Shown: positions 25,773 through 33,824, counted from the first letter of the stretch. The stretch is 48,460 nucleotides of DNA from Pirellulales bacterium (GCA_028289525.1 JANQPJ010000087.1:1-48460); one strand, 5' to 3'. The notes: generated by a model from the letters alone, not told the origin. Translations and numbers: made by a program.

Positions 25773-27257
25773 ATGAACAGGATTCGTAGCATCAGCATGT
25801 TAGCCTGGCTAGTTGCCGGGATGGTATGCACTTGGGTCGGCGTTTGGGCCGTCGGCTGGCTGTCGTTGACCGGTTTGCCCACGTCGCAGGACATGCTGCT
25901 AGGCGTCGGTTTTCTGATCACCAGTGTTAGCGCTGGTGTTTGGATGATGCGTCTTCGCCGCGATCAACAGGCAGCACTGCGCTATTTCAAACGGCTCAGT
26001 CATGTCGAGCCTCGCGATCTGGGACTCGAAGACCAACCAGTAAACTTGCCAGTGCTCTCTGAAGCGAACGCTTGGCGCCGAGTGGCCGAACGTTTGCAGC
26101 GCACGGCCGCCGAGCATGGGCAACGGATCGAGCAGGCTGAACACGCTCGCGGAGTGGCCGAAGCCAAAATGCAGCGGCTGCGCAAGTCAAATGAGCAGCT
26201 TCGTGCAATTCTCGACGATCTCCAGGAGCCGGTGATTGCCATCGACGCGTTCGACGAACTCGTGTTGACCAATGCCAGTGCTCGCGAGCTGTTTTGTGTT
26301 GATGTGGACGGTCTGGAACAACAGGCGATCGAATCGATCGTGCAGTGCAAAACGCTGGTCGAGGCAATGCTTGATACCCGACGGCGAAAAACCTCGACTC
26401 AGCGTAGCACCGAGCTCGAAATTGGCATCGACGATCAATCCAAATGGTACCACGTTTCGACCAGAACCATCCCGAGCATGGCGGCTGATGACACCCATCG
26501 TCACGGGGCGGTGGCCGTGTTGCGCGATGTGAGCGGACACAAGGCGGCTCAAAAACGCAATGCCGAATTCGTTTCGTCGGTGAGCCATGAGATGAAGACT
26601 CCGCTGGCCGGAATTCGCGCCTATGCCGAATTGCTGGCCGATGGCGATGCCGAAGACGATGCTGCGCAGGAGGAGTTTCTCAGGGTAATTCTGACGCAGA
26701 CTGACCGCCTGCAACGACTGGTCGACAATCTGCTCAATTTGGCCCGGATCGAAGCGGGAGTGGTGAACGTGAGTAAGCAGCCGTGCTCGCTGAACGAAGT
26801 GCTTGAAGAGGCTTTTCAAGTGGTTCAGCCGACGGCCGAAGCGAAGCAGATTGAGTTGACCTCCGAGCTTAGTCCGCTCTATCTGGGCGCGTTGATCGAC
26901 CGTGACATGATCTTACAATTGGCGATCAATTTACTCTCCAATGCGATCAAGTACACGCCCCAGGGAGGGGCTGTTCGGTTCCGCAGCCGGATGAAAGACA
27001 ACGAGGTGATCTTCGAAGTGGAAGACACCGGAGTAGGACTGAGTGAAGAAGACCGGGAGAAGGTGTTTGAAAAATTCTATCGCGTGAAGAAGGACCGCAA
27101 AATGGCCCAGGGCACCGGTCTCGGCTTGCCGTTGGCAAAGCACATCGTCGAAGACATGCACGCCGGCCAGATCGAGGTCCAGAGTACGCTGGGCCGTGGC
27201 AGTACGTTTCAGGTGTCGCTACCCAGCTCGGGACAAATCAATCATTCCAGCTCGTAG
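25773..27257 (+). CDS. sensor histidine kinase (2 TM, PAS, HisKA, HATPase_c)
   Basis: ORF 25671..27257. H-box VSHEMKTPLAGIRAYAELL, N-box LLSNAIKYTPQGG, G-boxes VEDTGVGL and GTGLGLPLAKHIV. PAS-like LRAILDDLQEPVIAIDAFDELVLTNASARELF. Confidence 0.9.
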   Translation: MNRIRSISMLAWLVAGMVCTWVGVWAVGWLSLTGLPTSQDMLLGVGFLITSVSAGVWMMRLRRDQQAALRYFKRLSHVEPRDLGLEDQPVNLPVLSEANAWRRVAERLQRTAAEHGQRIEQAEHARGVAEAKMQRLRKSNEQLRAILDDLQEPVIAIDAFDELVLTNASARELFCVDVDGLEQQAIESIVQCKTLVEAMLDTRRRKTSTQRSTELEIGIDDQSKWYHVSTRTIPSMAADDTHRHGAVAVLRDVSGHKAAQKRNAEFVSSVSHEMKTPLAGIRAYAELLADGDAEDDAAQEEFLRVILTQTDRLQRLVDNLLNLARIEAGVVNVSKQPCSLNEVLEEAFQVVQPTAEAKQIELTSELSPLYLGALIDRDMILQLAINLLSNAIKYTPQGGAVRFRSRMKDNEVIFEVEDTGVGLSEEDREKVFEKFYRVKKDRKMAQGTGLGLPLAKHIVEDMHAGQIEVQSTLGRGSTFQVSLPSSGQINHSSS

Positions 27258-27287
27258 TGGTCGAGCAATCCAAAGGAGAGGTGCATC

Positions 27288-27695
27288 ATGGGGCAGAGAA
27301 TTTTACTTTGTGACGACGAGGTTCATATTTTGCGAGCGACCGAGATTAAGCTCAGTCGGGCTGGGTTCGATGTCGTATGCGCGCTCGATGGCGAGGAAGC
27401 TTGGGAGGAAATCGAGCGGACTCGGCCGGACTTGCTGATTACCGACTGCCAAATGCCTCGTTTAGATGGAGTAGGGTTGGTCAAACGAATTCGCAGTTGC
27501 CAGGCTACCCGAGACATCCCCGTGTTGATGCTCACGGCCAAAGGGTTTGAGTTAGAACGAGATGACGTGGTCACCCGTTGTGGTGTGAAGGCGATTATGG
27601 CCAAGCCATTCAGCCCACGTGAGTTATTGCAATGCGCCCAGGATGTTCTTACGCATGGTGAGATTCAGCAAAAACCGATGCTGCAGATGGACTGA
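27288..27695 (+). CDS. receiver-only response regulator (CheY-like)
   Basis: RBS AGGAGAGG. CDDE, LLITDCQMP, LMLTAKG and AKPF motifs are all canonical. No output domain. Confidence 0.9.
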   Translation: MGQRILLCDDEVHILRATEIKLSRAGFDVVCALDGEEAWEEIERTRPDLLITDCQMPRLDGVGLVKRIRSCQATRDIPVLMLTAKGFELERDDVVTRCGVKAIMAKPFSPRELLQCAQDVLTHGEIQQKPMLQMD

Positions 27696-27757
27696 GGGGT
27701 TGCGAACAGAATGCCAAGCGTTTCTCGGTCCTCTGGCGATCGTAGAAAGAGACACTG

Positions 27758-28081
27758 ATGAAGCTTCAAACCGAAATTTTTGGCGATGTCACGGTGGTCC
27801 ATACACCGGAAGAGCTTGGTCGCGATCAGGGAGATGCCTTGGGAAATTTTGTCGCGACGCTACAAAAGCATTCCGTAGTGCTGGACCTTGACCCGACCGA
27901 GTCGATTGACAGCCATGGGCTAACTTCGTTGGTCGAAGTCCAACAGGCTCTGCGAAAATTGGATGGCGACTTAAAAATTTCGACGACGAATCGTATGAAC
28001 CGAAAGATTTTTGAAATCACACGTCTCGACAAACAGCTCGAAGTGTTCGACAGCATCATCGAAGCCGTGAAAAGCTTTTGA
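27758..28081 (+). CDS. STAS-domain protein (anti-sigma-factor-antagonist / SpoIIAA-like)
   Basis: 107 aa. VVLDLDPTESIDSHGLTSLVEV carries the DSxGL motif with the phosphorylatable-Ser position conserved. Confidence 0.8.
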   Translation: MKLQTEIFGDVTVVHTPEELGRDQGDALGNFVATLQKHSVVLDLDPTESIDSHGLTSLVEVQQALRKLDGDLKISTTNRMNRKIFEITRLDKQLEVFDSIIEAVKSF

Positions 28082-28184
28082 AGCGGTGGTAGGTGGTGAG
28101 TGGTCCGCGATAGCGCGTGCCCTTAACCCTCGACCGCTTGTAGTGAGCGCGTCAAATCCTAAATCCTAAATCAGAAATCCAATC
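28082..28184 (+). repeat. composite intergenic element filling the STAS/gspE-B spacer
   Basis: agcggtggtaggtggtgagtgg..cccttaaccctcgaccgc..gagcgcgtcaaatcctaaatcctaaatcagaaatccaatc, then GTG. No SD sequence. Confidence 0.85.
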
Positions 28185-29909
28185 GTGCCTGTTTTGAATG
28201 AAACGAAGCTTCGTCTTGGCGACCTGTTGGTCGATCGTGGATATATCACGACCGAAGACCTTCAGGCAGCGCTCGCCTTGCAGCGCAAGAGCCGAGGCAA
28301 GGATACTCGGCTGTTGGGCGAGATTTTGGTCGACGAAGGGTATTGCAGCGAAGATTGTGTGGTGGAATGTCTGGCGCTGGAATACGGCGTTCCGTATGCC
28401 AAGCTCGACGCTCGGCTGTACGACCCTCAGGCGATCGACGTCTTGCCGCGCGACTATATCGAGCAAAATCAGGTGTTGCCGCTCTTCAGCGTAGCTGGCG
28501 TGCTTACGGTGGCCGTTAGCGAACCGTCAAATCTGTTTTTGATCGACGAGTTGCGGCAACAGACCGGCATGGAAGTTCAGATCGTGGCGGCCACGGTCAA
28601 AGATATTCGCCGCATGATTACCGGCCTGCCGAACTCGACGGTGTTCGTCATCGACGACATCATCGAAGACTCTGACACGGCCGACGTGACGTTGATCGAA
28701 GACGCCATCGAGGACATTGGCGACATCGAAGAGATTGCCGGCCAGTCGCCGGTGATTCGGCTTGTAAACCACATCATCTGCACAGCGGTCAAAGAAGGAG
28801 CCAGCGACGTTCATATCGAGCCGGCTGGCCGGTCGATGCGCGTTCGCAACCGCATCGACGGGCGTTTGCACAAGGCGCTCGAGGTGCCTTTGCATCTGTT
28901 GAACGCAGTGACCAGCCGGATCAAGGTGATGGCCTCGCTCGACATCAGCGAACGCCGGCTGCCGCAGGACGGCCGGGTGCACGTGATGCTCGAAGGACGC
29001 AAGGTCGACTTGCGAATCAGCACGTTTCCAAGCAGTAGTGGCGAAAAGACGGTGATTCGTGTGCTCGATACTCGGGGGATGTCGTTGGTCCTCGAAGAAC
29101 TCGGCTTTTCCGAGTCGGTGCTAACGCGATTTCAGAACAACATTCAGGCTCCCAACGGAATTGCACTCGTGACCGGGCCAACCGGTAGCGGGAAGTCGAC
29201 CACACTCTATGCGGCGCTCAACACAATCGCCACCATGGAAAACAATGTTTGCACGGTCGAAGATCCGATTGAATACAACTTGCCGCTGATCAATCAGTTT
29301 CAGGTGCAAGAACGAGTTGGGCTGACATTTTCGAAGGCCTTGCGAACCCTATTACGGCAAGATCCGGATGTGATCATGTTGGGCGAAGTGCGTGACGAGG
29401 AGACCGCTCGCACCGCGATTCAAGCGGCGTTGACCGGCCATTTGGTGCTCAGCACACTGCATACCAACAACGCGCCGTCGGCCATCACGCGGCTGGTCAA
29501 CATGGGCGTCGAATCGTTCCTGATCGGCGCGGCAGTGAATATGGTGCTGGCCCAGCGGTTGTTGCGTCGGGTTTGCCCCAAATGTTCGGAAGCCTACGAA
29601 CCGGACCGCACGGTTCGCAAAACCATCGAGCGGCTCGGCTATGGAGTGGAGACCTTTTATCGGGGCGTAGGTTGTCGATCGTGTCGGAACACCGGGTTTC
29701 GTGGCCGGATTGGCATTCACGAGTTGCTGGTCGTGAGCGACGAGATGCGCGATGCGATTGTTTCCAATGCCCCGATCACGACCTTGCGCGAAATCGCGCT
29801 CCGCGACGGAATGCAATCGTTGCAACAAGACGGGTTTGCCAAGGTGCGTGAAGGAATCACTACCGTGGAGGAAGTGTTTCACGCCACCGGCGATATGGAA
29901 CTGGGCTGA
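28185..29909 (+). CDS. GspE/PilB/MshE-family secretion ATPase, cluster B
   Basis: 574 aa with GTG start. Walker A GPTGSGKSTT, DPDVIMLGEVRD, TGHLVLSTLHTNN, tetra-Cys (CPKC..CRSC), and an N-terminal MshEN-like motif. Confidence 0.95.
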   Translation: MPVLNETKLRLGDLLVDRGYITTEDLQAALALQRKSRGKDTRLLGEILVDEGYCSEDCVVECLALEYGVPYAKLDARLYDPQAIDVLPRDYIEQNQVLPLFSVAGVLTVAVSEPSNLFLIDELRQQTGMEVQIVAATVKDIRRMITGLPNSTVFVIDDIIEDSDTADVTLIEDAIEDIGDIEEIAGQSPVIRLVNHIICTAVKEGASDVHIEPAGRSMRVRNRIDGRLHKALEVPLHLLNAVTSRIKVMASLDISERRLPQDGRVHVMLEGRKVDLRISTFPSSSGEKTVIRVLDTRGMSLVLEELGFSESVLTRFQNNIQAPNGIALVTGPTGSGKSTTLYAALNTIATMENNVCTVEDPIEYNLPLINQFQVQERVGLTFSKALRTLLRQDPDVIMLGEVRDEETARTAIQAALTGHLVLSTLHTNNAPSAITRLVNMGVESFLIGAAVNMVLAQRLLRRVCPKCSEAYEPDRTVRKTIERLGYGVETFYRGVGCRSCRNTGFRGRIGIHELLVVSDEMRDAIVSNAPITTLREIALRDGMQSLQQDGFAKVREGITTVEEVFHATGDMELG

Positions 29910-29923
29910 TCGTCTGACCTCAG

Positions 29924-31120
29924 GTGAATCTCATGCAGTTTGAATTTGCCGTTCGCGATCCCTTGGGACGTCAGCACCAAGGTTTTCTCGATGCTGTTTC
30001 TTCAGAAGAAGCCCGACAGAAGCTGCGGCAGGATGGGTTTCGTGTGCTCTCGTTGCGCGAGAGTCGTCAGGCGGCCGGAAGGCTCTGGGGCAAACGGATC
30101 GCCCGACGCGAGATCGTCTATATGACCAGCCAGTTGGCCATCATGGTCGACACCGGCATCACTCTGTCGGTCGCCCTCGAAAGCCTGTCGGAAGAAGAGG
30201 AAAACCCAGCCATGCAGACATTGCTGCTCGACTTGCGGCAAACGGTGGAAGGGGGCGAAGAGTTTTCCAAGGCGCTCGAAAAGCATCCTCAATATTTCGA
30301 CCAGACCTACCTTTCGTTAGTCCGCGCCAGCGAGGCCAGCGGGATGCTGGCCGAAATGTTAGAGCGCATCGCGGTTTATCAGCGAAAACAGCTCGACACT
30401 CGGGCCAGGGTTCGGTCGGCAATGGCCTATCCGATCGTGATGGCCGTCGTGGCCCTGGCCGTGACGTTGTTCTTGCTGATTTACATTTTGCCAAAATTCG
30501 AACCGTTGTTTGCGAAGAAAGGCCAGGAGCTGCCAGCGATCACCCTGGCGATGATGCAACTGTCCGATGGTCTGATCGGCTATTGGTACATCTGGCTGGC
30601 CGCCGTGGTGGCCGTCGTTGGTGGATTGATGTACGCTCACCAAACTCCGCGCGGACAACAGGCCATCGATTGGATGAAGATCAATCTACCCATCTTCGGC
30701 CCCATGTTTCGTAAGGTAACGATCAGCCGCAGTGTACATACGCTGGGAACCTTGATATCGAGCGGCGTCTCGGTGCTCGAGGCCTTGCGACTTTCGGCCG
30801 ACGTGGCAGGCAACGTGTACTACCAGCAAATTTGGCAACGCGTGGTCGAGCAAGTGACCGGGGGGAGCCAAATTTACGAAACGCTCTCAGGCAGCCAGTT
30901 GTTTCCCTCGATGCTGGTACAGATGATGCGGTCGGGCGAAGAGACCGGGCGGTTGGACCATGTGCTTAACAAGGTGAGCGCCTACTATGACGGCGAGGTC
31001 GAAACCTCGCTGAAGACCGTAACCAGCTTGATCGAACCGCTCTTGATTGTGGTGATGGGCGTCGTTGTCGGCGGGATTGCTCTGGGCCTGTTGCTGCCGA
31101 TCTTTACGATGGCCCGCTGA
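29924..31120 (+). CDS. GspF/PilC-family platform protein, cluster B
   Basis: 398 aa (GTG 29924 or ATG 29933). Duplicated GspF repeats. C-terminal LIEPLLIVVMGVVVGGIALGLLLPIF. Confidence 0.9.
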   Translation: MNLMQFEFAVRDPLGRQHQGFLDAVSSEEARQKLRQDGFRVLSLRESRQAAGRLWGKRIARREIVYMTSQLAIMVDTGITLSVALESLSEEEENPAMQTLLLDLRQTVEGGEEFSKALEKHPQYFDQTYLSLVRASEASGMLAEMLERIAVYQRKQLDTRARVRSAMAYPIVMAVVALAVTLFLLIYILPKFEPLFAKKGQELPAITLAMMQLSDGLIGYWYIWLAAVVAVVGGLMYAHQTPRGQQAIDWMKINLPIFGPMFRKVTISRSVHTLGTLISSGVSVLEALRLSADVAGNVYYQQIWQRVVEQVTGGSQIYETLSGSQLFPSMLVQMMRSGEETGRLDHVLNKVSAYYDGEVETSLKTVTSLIEPLLIVVMGVVVGGIALGLLLPIFTMAR

Positions 31121-31300
31121 GCACGCGGAAAAGTAGCAGGCACACTCGGTATGCCGTCCGCCTTTAGACGCGGTGGAGGGTTGAGGGTGAAGGGTGGAGG
31201 GAACGCGCTCGCGCGTACCAACAACTAAAAACCAACCACGAACAACCATCTTTCACCTCAAGCTGCCTAGCGGACGGCACACGGAGTGTGCCTGCTACTT
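31121..31300 (+). repeat. nested repeat: 31-bp imperfect inverted repeat flanking a G-rich block and an A/C-rich tail
   Basis: Arms at 31130..31161 (aagtagcaggcacactcggtatgccgtccgc) and 31270..31300 (gcggacggcacacggagtgtgcctgctactt). Centre is gacgcggtggagggttgagggtgaagggtggagggaacgcgctcgcgcgt, with a G3N4G3N4G3N4G3 motif at 31178..31201. Confidence 0.85.
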
Positions 31301-31511
31301 TGGTGGTCGCAATGCTAGCAAGATCTCGCGCAAACCACACCCCTGCACGCTTTGCTGCTAAAGACTCACTCACTAGCTTGCTAGCATGGCCCCCTCGGGC
31401 TTGGCAAAGTTTGCCGATTCTATGGATTGAGCCAAGATTTCACAAAGTATCGGTTGTAGTGATACCGATATCTACGCCAGGTTCAATCATAACGACTTAG
31501 GGGAAATTCCA

Positions 31512-33062
31512 ATGTCGACGTCGGTCAAACGCCTCACTACGTTGCTGTGCCTGGTTGCGACGACTCTGTCTGCAGCCAACCTTTGGGCTCAAACCAGTTT
31601 TACACCGGACGACTCGCGGCCCATCAATGATGCGACCGATGAGGCGATTGAAGCGCTGTTGAGCGATGGCCCGAGCGCCAAGCAGGCATCGTCGAAAAAG
31701 CGTCAGACGAACGCCAAACGCCGTGCCGTCAAGGCTGCTAGCAAATCGAGCAAGACCGCTAGCGCCAAGTGGACTTCAGTGGCCGACAAGTCGGAAGCCA
31801 GCGTCAAGACGCGACGCCCGGCCGAGGCCAGCGGGCGTCCTCGGGCTACCCGAGGTGACGAGCGCGGACTTTCGTTGTTTAGCTTCCCAGGTGCCAACGG
31901 AAAACGCAGTTCGCTCATGCCGGCCGCTTATACGAGCAGTGAAGGACGGCCTCGCGGAGCACGCACCAGTCGGCCGAGTGCTCGCTCGGCCGCTTTTTCG
32001 GCCGCGCAACCCGGTCCGCTGGGCAACCCTTTTGTCGATGATGACCAAGCAGGCAACCCCATGGTGGGCGGACTGGAGCCCATCGCCGGCGGCGCCGGAT
32101 GCACGGACTGTCAGGCCGGGTGTACCGGCTGTCAGGCTAGCGGCCAGTGCTGCACGACCGGCAGCAGCCATCAGACGAAAGTGTTTGGCGATTACCTGTA
32201 CCTGCGAGCTTCGAACGCTGGAGTCGCCTATGCAGCCGAAGTCGACGGCCCGCCATCAGCGGCGGCCAATCGTGGTACCCAAGTCGGCCGGACAGCCGTG
32301 GTCGACCACGATTATGACTCGGGCTATCGGGCCGGATTTGCCATCAATCTCGACGAGTGCTCTAGCATTCAGGCGACCTACACCGAATTCAACAACAGCG
32401 AAGGCGATCAGATCTCGCGAAGCAACATCAACGACATTCGCTCACTGGTCACCCATCCGTTGACCACCACCACGGCCGACGATTGGCTCGATGCGACGGC
32501 CACCCATGACATCGGGTTTGATCTGGCCGATTTGGAATACCGCTGGTTGTTCCGGTCAGGTTGCAATTATGAACTCAATTTTTCGATTGGCGGTCGCTAT
32601 GGCCACCTCGACCAGACGTTCCGTTCGACTTTTTCCGGAAACGGGTTTCGCCAGGTCGAAACCGATCTGACATTCGAAGGCGGAGGAATCCGTTTCGGGG
32701 CCGATTTCGAGCGTCGTTCGAATTCCACCGGACTGCTGGTTTACGGACGTGGAGGCGCCAGCTTCCTGGCCGGCGAAGTGCAAGGCGAATACCGTCAGAG
32801 AAGTTCATTCGACACGGCTTTGGAGATCGACACGACTTGGAGTCACAATCGCGTGGCGACCATCTTGGAAGCTGAAGTCGGCCTAGGCTGGCAGTCGCAT
32901 GGCGGCAATCTGCGGGTGACCGCCGGTTATCTGTTCAACGCTTGGATGAATAGCGTTACGACCGACGAGTTCGTCGATGCGGTCCACTTCAGCGACTTCG
33001 ACGACCTAGGCGAGACGATCACGTTTGACGGCCTGGCCATCCGAGGCGAACTGCGGTTCTAA
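31512..33062 (+). CDS. outer-membrane beta-barrel protein (BBP7 / Lpg1974-like family)
   Basis: Signal peptide LCLVATTLSAANLWAQ. Basic low-complexity region. Cys cluster GCTDCQAGCTGCQASGQCC. Alternating beta pattern. C-terminal GLAIRGELRF ends in Phe. Confidence 0.65.
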   Translation: MSTSVKRLTTLLCLVATTLSAANLWAQTSFTPDDSRPINDATDEAIEALLSDGPSAKQASSKKRQTNAKRRAVKAASKSSKTASAKWTSVADKSEASVKTRRPAEASGRPRATRGDERGLSLFSFPGANGKRSSLMPAAYTSSEGRPRGARTSRPSARSAAFSAAQPGPLGNPFVDDDQAGNPMVGGLEPIAGGAGCTDCQAGCTGCQASGQCCTTGSSHQTKVFGDYLYLRASNAGVAYAAEVDGPPSAAANRGTQVGRTAVVDHDYDSGYRAGFAINLDECSSIQATYTEFNNSEGDQISRSNINDIRSLVTHPLTTTTADDWLDATATHDIGFDLADLEYRWLFRSGCNYELNFSIGGRYGHLDQTFRSTFSGNGFRQVETDLTFEGGGIRFGADFERRSNSTGLLVYGRGGASFLAGEVQGEYRQRSSFDTALEIDTTWSHNRVATILEAEVGLGWQSHGGNLRVTAGYLFNAWMNSVTTDEFVDAVHFSDFDDLGETITFDGLAIRGELRF

Positions 33063-33089
33063 AACGTGAAGTCAGTATGAAAATGGTGT

Positions 33090-33135
33090 TAGCTCCTGGC
33101 AGCGCATGGCCGCTGCCAGGAGCTACCTTTGTTTT
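33090..33135 (+). terminator. rho-independent terminator
   Basis: 15-bp perfect stem TAGCTCCTGGCAGCG / CGCTGCCAGGAGCTA, 6-nt loop, followed by CCTTTGTTTT. Lies 28 nt after the stop at 33062. Confidence 0.85.
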
Positions 33136-33226
33136 AGGATCGAGCGCAATAACTCCTGAAGGTATTAGCGACTGTCCGGCGACGCGTCGCGGCTAGAGCT
33201 TGCGAGCCAAAAGAACTGTAAAGTCG

Positions 33227-33303
33227 AAAAGCAGCGACCGGTGGTCGCTCGCGAAATGGTTAAATTCTCCCGTTTCGCGAGCGGCCACCGGCCGCTGTTT
33301 TTT
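33227..33303. repeat. REP-like element, inverted pair
   Basis: aaaagcagcgaccggtggtcgctcgcgaaa, 15-nt spacer, gtttcgcgagcggccaccggccgctgtttttt. Confidence 0.9.
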
Positions 33304-33383
33304 AAAGAGCCAGCTTTGCAGTTGTCCTGGCTTGCGAGCAAGCTGACTTGTCTTGCGAAGCACGGCTTGCTACAACTGGGGCC

Positions 33384-33824
33384 ATGCATTCGACATCACC
33401 CAATCTGAAAGTCTTGTTTCTCTGTACGGGAAACTCTTGCCGTAGCCAGATGGCCGAAGGCTGGGCTCGGGCACTCAAGAGCGAGCAATTGGTCGCCTAT
33501 TCGGCGGGGATTGAAACCCACGGGCTCAATCCCCATGCCGTTCAGGTGATGACCGAAGCTGGCGTCGACATCTCGGGCCAAAAATCGCAAACGCTCGACG
33601 ACCTCGGGCCAATTGAATTCGACTGGATCGTCACGGTGTGCGACCACGCTCGAGAAAGCTGTCCTGTGGTGCCGGCTGGCACCAAAACAGTGCACCAAGC
33701 ATTCGACGATCCGCCTCGGCTGGCTGCCGAGGTCACCAGCGAAGAGCAAGCACTCGATTGTTATCGGCGCGTGCGCGACGAGATTCGGCAGTTCGTCGAG
33801 ACTCTGCCTGAATCGCTAAGGTAG
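33384..33824 (+). CDS. arsC: arsenate reductase, low-molecular-weight phosphatase (thioredoxin-coupled) type
   Basis: VLFLCTGNSCRSQMAEGW P-loop (CX5R). TVCDHARESCP carries the second and third Cys positions. About 146 aa from the ATG at 33384. Confidence 0.8.
   Translation: MHSTSPNLKVLFLCTGNSCRSQMAEGWARALKSEQLVAYSAGIETHGLNPHAVQVMTEAGVDISGQKSQTLDDLGPIEFDWIVTVCDHARESCPVVPAGTKTVHQAFDDPPRLAAEVTSEEQALDCYRRVRDEIRQFVETLPESLR

Noticed and set aside
8184-31300. Recurrent short repeats that might suggest a CRISPR array.
   Set aside because: The copies are kilobases apart, occur in both orientations, are not separated by uniform spacers, and no cas genes are present. They are dispersed intergenic elements.
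33165-33389. ORFs 33165..33389 (-) and 36335..36655 (+), which share the peptide SGRWPLAKR..SRATTGRCF.
   Set aside because: The shared peptide is simply the translation of the REP-like inverted pair. The ORFs have no RBS and no other conservation signal.
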